This document shows positions 26,715 to 36,334 of a stretch of 64,000 bases of DNA, one piece after another. Made by a program: the position numbers and the translations under genes. Location of the stretch: positions 2,056 through 66,055 of the forward strand of contig JBDRBM010000024.1 in NCBI GenBank assembly GCA_043822665.1. The letters run 5' to 3'. The stretch is from Candidatus Omnitrophota bacterium (lineage in GTDB: Bacteria > Omnitrophota > Gorgyraeia > Gorgyraeales > Gorgyraeaceae). Each line of letters starts with the position of its first letter. Positions within the stretch are counted from its first letter, which is position 1. Below the pieces are notes generated by a model that ran no database searches, had not been told where the DNA came from, and worked only from the letters and a program-made list of their open reading frames with translations.

Positions 26715-27451
26715 AATTTATCAACTGTCATGGCAAGCTTTTTAATCTCGTCAAGGTATTTTTCAAAGAATAACTCAACTGCCTGGCCAGCTATTTTTTC
26801 ATCGTTCATCTTGTCTTTGAGGATAGCTGTAAAGATATGTTTATCCAGGCCGTACAGTTCGCTTACGGTATCGAGAATATTAAATTTATCTACGTCAGGC
26901 TGCCGGCCCTTGAGCCTTATAAGCGCCCTGAAAATCGGTATCAAAGAATTCAAGGATCCTTTTAAAAGGGCCTCTATGCCTTTTTTCCTGAGCCCAACCT
27001 CTAAGTATGCCTCGCGCAGCCTTATGAGTTTTCCCTTTATCTCGCGTTCACAGAATAACCGGATATATTTAAGATCTATATCTATGTCCTTGAAGAGGTC
27101 TTTGCCGTAGAGAAGCGCGTTATTTTCCTTTATCTCAAGGAACTCTATCGGGAAGACGTCCTTGGATGTTTCTATGTGGTATAGCGAAAGGAATAAAGGC
27201 GCGGTTATCTTTTTTCTGATGCCCTGGCTGACGAGTTTCAAAGATGAGCCCAGCTCTCCAAATCGTAGATCGTTGAACACTACCATAAGGTTTATATCGG
27301 ACTCTTTTGGCACGTAGAATCTGCCAGTGGCGCTCCCGTACAGCAATATTGATACTATATTGTCTTTATGGATTTTGAGCAGTTTCAATAAATAGGGTTC
27401 AAGGATTTTTTTAATGTCCTGTCTAACCGCATCTAATTTTAAATTTTCCAT
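26711..27451 (-). CDS. Nucleotidyltransferase-domain protein
   Basis: ILLYGSATGRF...SDINLMVV resembles the minimal NTase G-S...D-x-D motif, here with Asn at the last position. Helical C-terminal half. Confidence 0.5.
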   Translation of the reverse strand: MENLKLDAVRQDIKKILEPYLLKLLKIHKDNIVSILLYGSATGRFYVPKESDINLMVVFNDLRFGELGSSLKLVSQGIRKKITAPLFLSLYHIETSKDVFPIEFLEIKENNALLYGKDLFKDIDIDLKYIRLFCEREIKGKLIRLREAYLEVGLRKKGIEALLKGSLNSLIPIFRALIRLKGRQPDVDKFNILDTVSELYGLDKHIFTAILKDKMNDEKIAGQAVELFFEKYLDEIKKLAMTVDKL

Positions 27452-27712
27452 AACCAGCTCCTTTTTTTTGGCCTATCAACACTATGTTAACATGCGAAAA
27501 AACTAAACGCAAAGTAAAAAAACTTTGCAACCGGTGATTCAGCAGGGGGGATATGTCACCACTGCGTAATCAGGGCTATTCATCTGAGCTTTAGGCCTGC
27601 ACGGGTTTCTCATGCGCTAAGAGCACAACCTAACTATTTGAGTAATATGCCACGGCAAAACAAAAAACTCCCATTTTTCCAATCTTCGTGCTATCCTATT
27701 TATTGAGGTGTT

Positions 27713-27859
27713 ATGAAGACAGGGATCGCTACTCTACCATATCCTGTTGACAGGAAAGAATACGATTTGTCTATAAAGATATTGAGAGATTCGGTCAATA
27801 AGGCCAATATAGGAAGATCCGAGAAACTCAGCGCGCTGAAAAGACTCTATGACAAATAA
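27713..27859 (+). CDS. Hypothetical small protein (48 aa)
   Basis: MKTGIATLPYPVDRKEYDLSIKILRDSVNKANIGRSEKLSALKRLYDK. SD GAGGTG lies 3 nt upstream. It overlaps the next gene start by 11 nt. No recognisable motif. Confidence 0.3.
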   Translation: MKTGIATLPYPVDRKEYDLSIKILRDSVNKANIGRSEKLSALKRLYDK

Positions 27860-28589
27860 GATGTGTAATAAATATTATATATTAACTATATTGCTACTGA
27901 CTATTTTTGCCTCAGATGCAAGGTCGGATATTATTTACCTCAGGAATGGCCGCAGTATAGAGGGTATTATAGATAAGGAGAAGGAAGAAAATGTTTCTTT
28001 GGATGTCGGATTCGGCACTGTTAAATTTAGGCGCTCAGAAATAAAGGATATCTACAGGTCTACTCCGAAAGAGCTCGCCGCTATACGCAAAAAATGGGAG
28101 GAAGACAGGAAACTTGAACAGGAGAGATGGCAGAAAAAAGAAGAAGAGCACAAAGAGACAGAACGCAAGAAAGAACTTGCCCCGAAGAAAGCGGGTTTTA
28201 CCGAAGTAAACGACCACATAATGGTCAACGCGTTGTTGAACAAAAAGGTGCAGGCCACGCTTTTACTGGATACCGGCGCCACACTTGTCTTATTGTCAAA
28301 ATCTGTTGCTGACAAGATAAAGGATAAGACTAAGCTTATAGAAGGCGATATTATAGAGCTGCAGGTAGCTGACGGCAGAAAGGTAAAGGCAAGGCTTATA
28401 CTTCTGGACACGTTGAGCGTGGAGAATGCTGAGGCAGAAAGCGTCATAGGCGCGGTCCTGTTGGATTCAGAGGAGGAGATCGGGGACGGTGTCCTGGGCA
28501 TGTCCTTTTTGAGCAAGTTTAATTTTCAGATAGATAATTCTAAGAAAAAGATTATATTAGAGAAACTGGAAGACCAGCCTAAGCAGTAA
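27849..28589 (+). CDS. Secreted retropepsin-like (clan AA) aspartic protease
   Basis: Signal peptide, Lys/Glu-rich linker, and LLLDTGATLVLLS (D-T-G-A active site) as in the TIGR02281-type bacterial retropepsins. Confidence 0.7.
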   Translation: MTNKMCNKYYILTILLLTIFASDARSDIIYLRNGRSIEGIIDKEKEENVSLDVGFGTVKFRRSEIKDIYRSTPKELAAIRKKWEEDRKLEQERWQKKEEEHKETERKKELAPKKAGFTEVNDHIMVNALLNKKVQATLLLDTGATLVLLSKSVADKIKDKTKLIEGDIIELQVADGRKVKARLILLDTLSVENAEAESVIGAVLLDSEEEIGDGVLGMSFLSKFNFQIDNSKKKIILEKLEDQPKQ

Positions 28590-28598
28590 GGAGATATC

Positions 28599-29573
28599 GT
28601 GAGTGAAAGATCTATTTTCGAAAAACTATTCGCGAAAAAGATTTCCAGAAAGACATTTATAAAACTCTGTCTTGCGGGCGCTGGAAGTTTGGTTACCGGA
28701 GGCATATTTACTAAAAAGATATTCGGGGAAGAGTTTTCTATTGGCAGGGCAGCGAAAAATATCCCGGTAAAACATGACCTTGTGGCTGCGAATGGAGAGG
28801 ACCCGTATCTTATGACTGTGAAGGCGATAGAGGCTATTGGCGGGATGGACAGATTTGTAAAAAAGAATAGTATAGTTCTCATTAAACCTAATATGGCGTG
28901 GGATCGCAATCCTGAGCATGCCGGGAATACAAACTCGATGGTAGTGGCAGCCCTTGTAGAGCTTTCTTTTAATGCGGGCGCTAAGAGAGTAAATGTGTTT
29001 GACAGGAGCTGTAATGATGCCAGACGCTGTCATGAAAATAGCGGTATCTCGAAAGCGGCAAAGGAAAAAGGCGCCAATGTATATTTTGTAGACGAGTGGA
29101 ATTACATAAACGCGCATTTTTCTTATCCCAGCCCAATGGAAGGCTGGCCTATTTATAGAGACGCGCTTGAGTGTGACACATTTATAAATTGCCCCGTGCT
29201 TAAGCATCATGGACTTACAGGCCTTACCATATCAATGAAAAACCTCATGGGCGTGTGCGGCGGCGACAGAGGTTTGATACATGACAATATAGGCCTCAAA
29301 CTCGTCCATCTCACGGATTTTATAAAGCCTGACCTGACAGTGGTGGACGCATACAGGGTGCTGATGAGAAACGGGCCTAGCGGAGGCAATATAGAGGATG
29401 TGGAGGAGTATAAAACAGTAATGGTGGGCGTGGACTCTACGCTGTGTGACGCTTATGCAAGTGAATTAATAGGCAAAGACCCATTGTCAATAAGCAATAT
29501 ACGCGAGGCAAAAAATCACGGCTTTGGAAATTACGATACCGCAAAGGCAGATATTTTAAAAATTACAGTCTAA
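28599..29573 (+). CDS. DUF362-domain protein with a Tat-like signal peptide
   Basis: GTG start. SRKTFIKLCLAGAGSLV (an RK variant of the S-R-R-x-F-L-K twin-arginine motif). VLIKPNMAW and GAKRVNVFD are typical of DUF362. Confidence 0.65.
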   Translation: MSERSIFEKLFAKKISRKTFIKLCLAGAGSLVTGGIFTKKIFGEEFSIGRAAKNIPVKHDLVAANGEDPYLMTVKAIEAIGGMDRFVKKNSIVLIKPNMAWDRNPEHAGNTNSMVVAALVELSFNAGAKRVNVFDRSCNDARRCHENSGISKAAKEKGANVYFVDEWNYINAHFSYPSPMEGWPIYRDALECDTFINCPVLKHHGLTGLTISMKNLMGVCGGDRGLIHDNIGLKLVHLTDFIKPDLTVVDAYRVLMRNGPSGGNIEDVEEYKTVMVGVDSTLCDAYASELIGKDPLSISNIREAKNHGFGNYDTAKADILKITV

Positions 29574-31082
29574 ATGAAAAAATTAATATTTTTTCGAAGA
29601 TTGTCGCAGGTTTCTTTTCTTTCATTATTTATTTATATACTTTGGTCAACGACTTATCCCCTGAAGGGCCTCCTGCCGGCTGACACTTTTTTTAAGATAA
29701 ATCCACTTATAATATTTTTTACTTCTATAAGCGAGAGAATTATGCTTCCAGGAGCGCTATTTGCCGGCATGATGCTGATATTGACGCTAATTCTGGGAAG
29801 GTTTTTCTGCGGCTGGATCTGTCCGCTTGGTTCTATGATAGATGCATGCGGTTCTGTCGGACGAAAAAAAAGAAACATGGCGGATAAAACAAATAAAATT
29901 CCGAGCTCATTAAAATTTTATATACTCGGCATTACAGCTATTTTTTCCTTCTTGGGGATCCAGGTTGCATGGATATTTGACCCTATGGTGATTACAGCAA
30001 GGTTTGTTTCTTTAAACCTTATCCCGTCATTGACCTTTGGCATAGACAGTTTTTTTATTTTTATTATAAAAGGCCTGAATTTTTACAGCCCTATATATGA
30101 CTTTTACCGTGGGCTTAAGACATCATTTTTGGGTGTTGACGCGCGTTACTTTCCGAATTCAGGTATTATCCTTTTATTTTTCCTTGTCGTCTGTTTCTCG
30201 ACCCTTCTGACAAGAAGGTTATGGTGCCGATGGATCTGCCCCTTAGGAGCGCTGTATTCCCTTGTTGCCAGATTTTCTTTGTTAAGGCGCGTGGTCCATA
30301 AATGCGTGAATTGCATGAGATGTAAATCAGACTGCAGAATGGCCGCGATAAAAGACGACCTGAGTTATATAAAAGGCGAATGTATATTATGTATGGATTG
30401 CATATACGATTGTCAGACCAGAGATACGAGATTTACATGGCCTGTAGGTTTGACCCCCGATAAAAAAGGAGAGGGGATATCAAGGAGGCAATTTTTATTT
30501 TTATTAGTCACTTCTATTTTATCTCTGGGGTTTAAATCGAGGAGAAGACTTAGGATAGAAGAGACAGCAGGAAGCGTAATAAGACCGCCGGCGGCATTAA
30601 AGGAAAAAGAGTTTTTAAACAGGTGTGTGCGCTGTGGTAACTGCATGAAGGTTTGTATTACAAACGGACTCCAGCCTGTTATGTTCGAGTCGGGGATTCA
30701 GGGTATATGGACACCCAGGCTTGTGCCTGAGGTAGGATATTGCGAATATCAATGCACCCTGTGCGGTAATGTCTGTCCGACAGGGGCAATACCCAGGCTG
30801 TCCCTTAGTGAGAAGAAAAAGACAAGGCTTGGCCTGGCAGAGATAGATCGTTCTATATGTATTGCGTGGACTGAGGATAAGGAGTGCATTGTATGTGAAG
30901 AACATTGTCCTGTAGCCCAGAAGGCTATAAAATTGACAGAGTATAAAATGGGCGAAAGAACGGTTTTAAAGCCTTCTGTGGATAATAGGTTATGTATTGG
31001 CTGCGGCATCTGCCAGTATAAGTGTCCTGTAAGGCCTGTAAGGGCAATAAGGGTTTCACCCGGATATAGCGACAGGACGTAG
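29574..31082 (+). CDS. NapH/MauN-like membrane polyferredoxin (multi-TM plus several 4Fe-4S motifs)
   Basis: Two FCGWICPLG / WCRWICPLG membrane-proximal Cys motifs. C-terminal CxxCxxCxxxC(P) motifs: CVRCGNCMKVC, CTLCGNVCP, CIVCEEHCP, CIGCGICQYKCP. Confidence 0.75.
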   Translation: MKKLIFFRRLSQVSFLSLFIYILWSTTYPLKGLLPADTFFKINPLIIFFTSISERIMLPGALFAGMMLILTLILGRFFCGWICPLGSMIDACGSVGRKKRNMADKTNKIPSSLKFYILGITAIFSFLGIQVAWIFDPMVITARFVSLNLIPSLTFGIDSFFIFIIKGLNFYSPIYDFYRGLKTSFLGVDARYFPNSGIILLFFLVVCFSTLLTRRLWCRWICPLGALYSLVARFSLLRRVVHKCVNCMRCKSDCRMAAIKDDLSYIKGECILCMDCIYDCQTRDTRFTWPVGLTPDKKGEGISRRQFLFLLVTSILSLGFKSRRRLRIEETAGSVIRPPAALKEKEFLNRCVRCGNCMKVCITNGLQPVMFESGIQGIWTPRLVPEVGYCEYQCTLCGNVCPTGAIPRLSLSEKKKTRLGLAEIDRSICIAWTEDKECIVCEEHCPVAQKAIKLTEYKMGERTVLKPSVDNRLCIGCGICQYKCPVRPVRAIRVSPGYSDRT

Positions 31083-32420
31083 TTTTAATTCCCGCCACAT
31101 AAAAATATCTTCCATGCACAGGTAGACAGGAATTTTTTTGGAATACTTAGAGAGAAGAGAGAGCATGTGTTCGTAAATCTGACGTCTTATGCCGTAAGGA
31201 TATCTTAATTTATTATCAAAACCAGGGACGAGTTCTTCGTCCAGTATTTTATTAGCGGGAAATCGTGATTCTATGATTTGTTTTACTCTTGGGTTGAATC
31301 GCAGGGTGCCGATGCTTATCCAGGAAATATCTTTTGGTTTTATTGTTCCGAAAAGAAGTTCTGTGACTTTTTTGTATTCTTCCCGCCATCCGCAGAAATA
31401 CATGACAGGGTCAAAATGAAACGCGACTTTATAGCCGGCCTCAACGCATTGCCTTGCTGATCTTACGCGGTCATTTAAAGAGGCGGTAAAAAATTCATTT
31501 TCGTCTATTATCCTTTGCGGATTCAATGACCATGATATTACTATATTGCCGGAATGCCGTGCCTGCAGGAGGTTTTGTATATTTTTACTCTTTGTTTTAA
31601 ATTCGAAAGTAACATCCTTGTGTTTTTTGAAAAAATCCACTATTGGAAGGCAATATTCTGTGATATTGTCCAGCATAAGAGAGTCTGAAAATTCACCCGT
31701 GCCTATGCGCATCCCGGATCTTTTATACAAACCGAATTCATTAAAGAACCTGTCCAGGTTTGCGGGGAATATAAGGCCTGGACTGTTTGTGTATTCCTGC
31801 AGATAACAGTAAGTACAGTCAAAGATACAGCCAAAACTCAGATTAAAGATATTATACCCGCACCCGACAGCCTTTTTCGTGCAGGGGCACCTTTTAAAAA
31901 AATCGTAATTCTCATGGGCGATGAAGGCCGTATCACGCCTGTGGTTATAATCCTTTATTGTGAAATTCCTGTTAGTTTTTAAATAGTCTTTCAGCGTTTT
32001 TATCTCTAAATAATCTGCTCTGGGGAATGATCCCCTGAACTTATCAGCTAGGCGTGAACGCCATGCTGATTTTTCTATGAATATTTTTTTTGGGTAAAAC
32101 CCGTCTTTTTTAACATCCAGAATTAACTCTTCCTTGAGCGCCATTTTTGGTAGGTAAGGCCGTCCTATCTCGTTATGAAGGTAGGCATAGGGGTATCTTT
32201 TTTTCAAAAGGCGCTTTTTGAGGTTTTCGAAGCTGGATAAATCAATATCTTTTATAATGATCTCGGGAGAGACAGATTCTTTTTTTGATATTTCATAGAT
32301 AAGCCTTATTATCTCCTGTTTTTTATTTATGCCGAAACCCGGAAACTTAGAATTAACAAGGGATCTTGTTTTTTTTAAGAGGTCGGATTGTTTTTTATAA
32401 AGTCGCATATGGCGTGACAA
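31056..32420 (-). CDS. Spore-photoproduct-lyase-family radical SAM protein with a ~190-aa N-terminal extension
   Basis: SFGCIFDCTYCYLQ (CxxxCxxC followed by YLQ, as in SplB/COG1533). Confidence 0.65.
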   Translation of the reverse strand: MSRHMRLYKKQSDLLKKTRSLVNSKFPGFGINKKQEIIRLIYEISKKESVSPEIIIKDIDLSSFENLKKRLLKKRYPYAYLHNEIGRPYLPKMALKEELILDVKKDGFYPKKIFIEKSAWRSRLADKFRGSFPRADYLEIKTLKDYLKTNRNFTIKDYNHRRDTAFIAHENYDFFKRCPCTKKAVGCGYNIFNLSFGCIFDCTYCYLQEYTNSPGLIFPANLDRFFNEFGLYKRSGMRIGTGEFSDSLMLDNITEYCLPIVDFFKKHKDVTFEFKTKSKNIQNLLQARHSGNIVISWSLNPQRIIDENEFFTASLNDRVRSARQCVEAGYKVAFHFDPVMYFCGWREEYKKVTELLFGTIKPKDISWISIGTLRFNPRVKQIIESRFPANKILDEELVPGFDNKLRYPYGIRRQIYEHMLSLLSKYSKKIPVYLCMEDIFMWRELKLRPVAISG

Positions 32421-33085
32421 GAGGTTTTTATAGAAAGATAAAGCGCTGACTTGTCTCTGTCGCTTAGTTTAGAGTAGAAGGGTTTTTTATTTATTATATC
32501 AGTTACGTAAAAGAGCGCAGTCGCCTTTCTCTTTATGTATTTAGAGGCACTGAATACGCTGGAACACTCCATATCTACCGCATGTATGTCTTTTTTTCGT
32601 AATAGGCCTACAAGGTTTTCTTCCAATTTTAAAGACCCTAAGGTCGCGCAGTTTATACTTTGCGCCTCGATTGTATTTAAAAATTTTTCTCTGAGTTCTT
32701 CATCCGCGGAAAAGGCCTTCCAATCTTTTTCTTTATCCAGGAGTATGTCTGAAAAACTTTCAAGGGCATAACTTAGAAAAGGAGAGACAAGTGAGCCTAT
32801 CGCAAGGCCTTTTTTCCCCCATACAAGCCCGCAAGAGCCAAAGAGTATTATATTCTGGCACGCAGTGTCTTCCAGATACAATACAGCGTCACCCGCAAGT
32901 CCTGCCCCAATACCCGTGACTATTACAGTAAAACCTTGAGCCTGCCCAGAACTGTAAATCTTTCCTTTGAAAAGTCTTTTTATGCCAAGATGATTAAACA
33001 TATCCTTTGCCAGAAGCGGCAAGAGTACGCACGTGTTTTTAATCTCAGTTTCCTTTATCCCGAATAAGATTTCAAATTTTGTCAT
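32375..33085 (-). CDS. PNP_UDP_1 (nucleoside phosphorylase / nucleosidase) fold protein
   Basis: VIVTGIGAGLAG...IILFGSCGL and VDMECSSV resemble MTA/SAH-nucleosidase or futalosine-hydrolase-type proteins. Confidence 0.6.
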   Translation of the reverse strand: MTKFEILFGIKETEIKNTCVLLPLLAKDMFNHLGIKRLFKGKIYSSGQAQGFTVIVTGIGAGLAGDAVLYLEDTACQNIILFGSCGLVWGKKGLAIGSLVSPFLSYALESFSDILLDKEKDWKAFSADEELREKFLNTIEAQSINCATLGSLKLEENLVGLLRKKDIHAVDMECSSVFSASKYIKRKATALFYVTDIINKKPFYSKLSDRDKSALYLSIKTSCHAICDFIKNNPTS

Positions 33086-34143
33086 ATTAAGGAGATTAGG
33101 TTGTAGTTTATGCTGCCTAGGCCTTTTTTGCGCGCATAATCAAATAGTGTTTTATAGGAGTCCCGCACGCCTTCTTTGAACAGAACATCTTCGTCTTTAT
33201 TAATAAGGTCTACTGTCGCCTTATCAAGCGCTAGTATGTCTTTCGAGGCCAGTATGCCGATGTCATTACAGATTATTTTCTCATTTTTCGTTGATATGCA
33301 GTCGCACTCTCTCGTTATATCAAAGGCAAAATTTATAAAGAACTTGTTTTTAAATTTGGACAATATAAAACACGCGACTTCAGCCATTCTTTTTGAAAAG
33401 ACATGAGCGTCTTCACCCCAATTTATAAATATGGCATCAAACTTGCACGCGCAAAGGCATTCTCCGCAGCCAATGCATTTAGACTGGTCTATATTAGCTT
33501 TTTGAGAAACCGCGATCGCGTTAACCGGACATATTTTTATACAGCATCCGCAGGCAGTGCATTTCTCGGCTATTATATGAGGCCTTAATGAGGAATGCTG
33601 GACCTGTTTTGTGGGCTTAGAAGACATGCCCATGGCTACATTTTTGATAGAACCGGCATAACCGGACAATATATGACATGTGGCATGGGATAATACCAGC
33701 AGGTTATCCAGCATGCCGACAAAAGAAGGTACTTTTATCTTTTTGATATACTCCGAATCAATATCGTATTCTTTCCCATCTTGCCCTAGAACGCCGTCAG
33801 CTATTATAAAGGGCGCCCCTACCTTTGAATGGGAAAATCCCTTGGCCTGGGCAAGTGTCAGGTGATCTACCGCGTTAAGCCTGGAGCCTTTGTATATGAC
33901 ATTGGTATCAAAAAGAAAAGGTTTTGCTTTTTTATTTTTAATCTCATTAATGACAATCTTTACAAGTTCAGGAGAAAGGTTATAGACGCATTTGGTGTCG
34001 CCTATGGTTAACTTGACGGGGATGAATTCATCTTTTTTGGAACCCGGGAATAGTTCAATATTATTCAATAGCTTTAAGAGCGCGGCGCGCCTTGCCTCCA
34101 GGCCGCCGTCACCTATCTTTACAAAATAGACATCGCTTTTCAT
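33082..34143 (-). CDS. DUF362-domain protein fused to a 2x[4Fe-4S] ferredoxin domain
   Basis: The N-terminal VKLTIGD... and C-terminal halves are DUF362-like, with inserted CTACGCCIKICP and CIGCGECLCACK motifs. Confidence 0.65.
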   Translation of the reverse strand: MKSDVYFVKIGDGGLEARRAALLKLLNNIELFPGSKKDEFIPVKLTIGDTKCVYNLSPELVKIVINEIKNKKAKPFLFDTNVIYKGSRLNAVDHLTLAQAKGFSHSKVGAPFIIADGVLGQDGKEYDIDSEYIKKIKVPSFVGMLDNLLVLSHATCHILSGYAGSIKNVAMGMSSKPTKQVQHSSLRPHIIAEKCTACGCCIKICPVNAIAVSQKANIDQSKCIGCGECLCACKFDAIFINWGEDAHVFSKRMAEVACFILSKFKNKFFINFAFDITRECDCISTKNEKIICNDIGILASKDILALDKATVDLINKDEDVLFKEGVRDSYKTLFDYARKKGLGSINYNLISLI

Positions 34144-34156
34144 TTCTCCTCCTATG

Positions 34157-34199
34157 CTTAACTTGACGAAACTTACATTGTAAGTTTCGTCAAGTTAAG
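34157..34199. repeat. Family-A 43-nt palindromic repeat, copy 3 (perfect 21-1-21 palindrome)
   Basis: CTTAACTTGACGAAACTTACATTGTAAGTTTCGTCAAGTTAAG. It lies inside the minus-strand operon. Its right TTAA holds the stop codon of the 34195..35040 gene. Confidence 0.95.
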
Positions 34200-35040
34200 A
34201 AGAATAGGTGTTGGTAAAGTATGAGCCGAACGGATGTATATATATATTATAACCTTTTTTATCTTTATTTGCTTGCGCTGAAATATTTTTTTCAATTTCT
34301 TTCCAGAATCTATCGTAATAAAGCCTGTCTTTTGAAAGCCTTTCGTACATGTTCTTTAAGTCAGGATTTACAGATGCCACAGCTTTTATGATATCCTTGA
34401 CATTAATAACATTGAAATTGAGCCCCTCAAATTCCACAGAACCTGCTTTAGGAAATCTTGAGAATATGCCATCGGTTTTCGATATCCCGGGTAATACAGG
34501 CGAAAAATACGGGATAACGCTTATGCCCTGCTCCAGGAATTCGTTTATAACATTTATCCTTTTATCATAAGCGGGGCTTTTTGGCTCCAGCTTTTGCTTC
34601 AAGGCAGGTTCAATGTCATTTATCGTGAAATATATCTTTTTGCAGAACCCTTTTTTTAATAAGTCAGTGTATTCCCGGATATAGGTAGAGCGTGTCAGTA
34701 TGGTATAGTATATCCCGTAGCGGTTCAGGATATCCAGGATTTTTTTTGTAATCTTGTATTGTTCCTCAGCGCCCTGGAAACATTCAGTAGTAGATCCAAG
34801 GAGAACGCAACGCGGTTTTTTCAGGAGTATTTCTTTTTCCAGGAGCTTTGGCGCGTTTACCCTGATATCCACATAAGTCCCCCATGCCGCTTTCTTCTTG
34901 CTTATGACTTTATTAGACCTTACATAGCAATAAAGACAGGAGTATTCGCACCCCATGAAAGGATTTATTACGTATTCCCCTAGGTCGATAGAAGTAGGGT
35001 TGAGTATCCTGGATATCTTTACTGTGTTAAATTCTGTCAT
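34195..35040 (-). CDS. Radical SAM protein, COG1533 (DNA-photolyase/SplB-like) family
   Basis: NPFMGCEYSCLYCYVRSN (CxxxCxxC). 281 aa. Confidence 0.65.
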   Translation of the reverse strand: MTEFNTVKISRILNPTSIDLGEYVINPFMGCEYSCLYCYVRSNKVISKKKAAWGTYVDIRVNAPKLLEKEILLKKPRCVLLGSTTECFQGAEEQYKITKKILDILNRYGIYYTILTRSTYIREYTDLLKKGFCKKIYFTINDIEPALKQKLEPKSPAYDKRINVINEFLEQGISVIPYFSPVLPGISKTDGIFSRFPKAGSVEFEGLNFNVINVKDIIKAVASVNPDLKNMYERLSKDRLYYDRFWKEIEKNISAQANKDKKGYNIYIHPFGSYFTNTYSS

Positions 35041-36334
35041 TTTTTTCTATAAGGTTTCCCAGGAATGCCTTTGTATGCTTGATGCCGTGTCTTTTGATTT
35101 CATCTACGAAGACGCGGAGGCGCCTAAGCGAGTCACTATTCACATTATAGTCAAAATTTTTATCCGCGCCGGTGCCGTCATAATAAGTAAAAGGATTTAC
35201 CTGCTCTATCTTTGGTATGAGATCTTTATGCTCGATTATAAACTCAAGGGTTTTTCTAAAATCGTCTTCTGTCTCGTTGGGATATCCTATTATGATGCTT
35301 ACTCCGAAAGAAAGCCCGGCCAGGCGCAATTTTTCAAACAAGGAAACAGCGTCTTTACTCGTAAAACCCTTGTTCATGCTGTTCAATGTCCTGTCACAGC
35401 CTGATTCAAGGCCTATGAAAAGGTTATAACAGCCGCTCTTTTTCATTTTTTCAAAGAGCCCAACCCGCATGTCATCTCTTATATATAACTGAGCCTCCCA
35501 TTTTATAGAGCCGAAATTTTTAATTATGGCCTCGCACAATTCTTCTAATTTACCGAGATCGGCATTAATCAGTGAATCGTGGAAAATAAAATATTCTATC
35601 TTGTTTTGAGAGACATGATAGTCGATTTCCTCCAAGACATCTTTTACCGGCCTCGCCCTGAATTTTTTATAAAGCAGGCGTTCCGAGCAAAAATTACATT
35701 TTTTGACGCACCCTCTTGAAAATAAAAGGGGGATGGCGTTATTCCCGGGATAGAGTCTAAGGCCTAGATTTTTATATCTTGGAAAATCAAGCCTGTCCAG
35801 GTTTTCAAGCTCAGAGAAGCAGGATATCTTTTGGTCATTGGTCTTTGCTGAGATATAGTTAAACAAAGACAATTCACCTTCGCCCGCGACTATAAAATCA
35901 GCCATTTCTATATTAACTTTGCCAGCGTTCTTAAAAAATAGCCTTGTGATCTCGGGCCCGCCCATTATTATTTTAATATTATTTTTCCTGGCCTTTAGAA
36001 GCTTTGCTATCTTCATTGTGGCCTTAAGATTACTCTTAAAACAGGAAAACCCGACAATATCATAATCCAGCATTCTTTCCAGAACAGCGTTATATTTGAC
36101 AGGAAAATTTTCTTCTATGATAGAGAGTATGTTGTTTTCCAAAAAACAGTTGCAGCTTTTGAGCCATTCTTTTTGCAGTTCAGGAGAGGCTAGATTGTAG
36201 AACGCGTTGTTTATATCAAACACCCCGACATCGATATTTTTTGTTAATAGAAAGCTCTCCAGGTATGCCAGGCCTAACGGCGGCATCTTTGGCCAGAAAG
36301 GAGGAAGGATCGCAAGAAGGATTTTTTTATTCAT
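35027..36334 (-). CDS. B12-binding-domain radical SAM protein
   Basis: N-terminal B12-binding-like Rossmann region (IIMGGPEIT). SRGCVKKCNFCSE cluster motif. Confidence 0.75.
   Translation of the reverse strand: MNKKILLAILPPFWPKMPPLGLAYLESFLLTKNIDVGVFDINNAFYNLASPELQKEWLKSCNCFLENNILSIIEENFPVKYNAVLERMLDYDIVGFSCFKSNLKATMKIAKLLKARKNNIKIIMGGPEITRLFFKNAGKVNIEMADFIVAGEGELSLFNYISAKTNDQKISCFSELENLDRLDFPRYKNLGLRLYPGNNAIPLLFSRGCVKKCNFCSERLLYKKFRARPVKDVLEEIDYHVSQNKIEYFIFHDSLINADLGKLEELCEAIIKNFGSIKWEAQLYIRDDMRVGLFEKMKKSGCYNLFIGLESGCDRTLNSMNKGFTSKDAVSLFEKLRLAGLSFGVSIIIGYPNETEDDFRKTLEFIIEHKDLIPKIEQVNPFTYYDGTGADKNFDYNVNSDSLRRLRVFVDEIKRHGIKHTKAFLGNLIEKNDRI

Noticed and set aside
27600-27640. GCGCTAAGAGCAC string resembling the RNase P GCGGUAAGAGCGCAC hairpin
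   Set aside because: The flanking bases do not form the required stem. None of the other universally conserved RNase P blocks is nearby, and the gap is too short.
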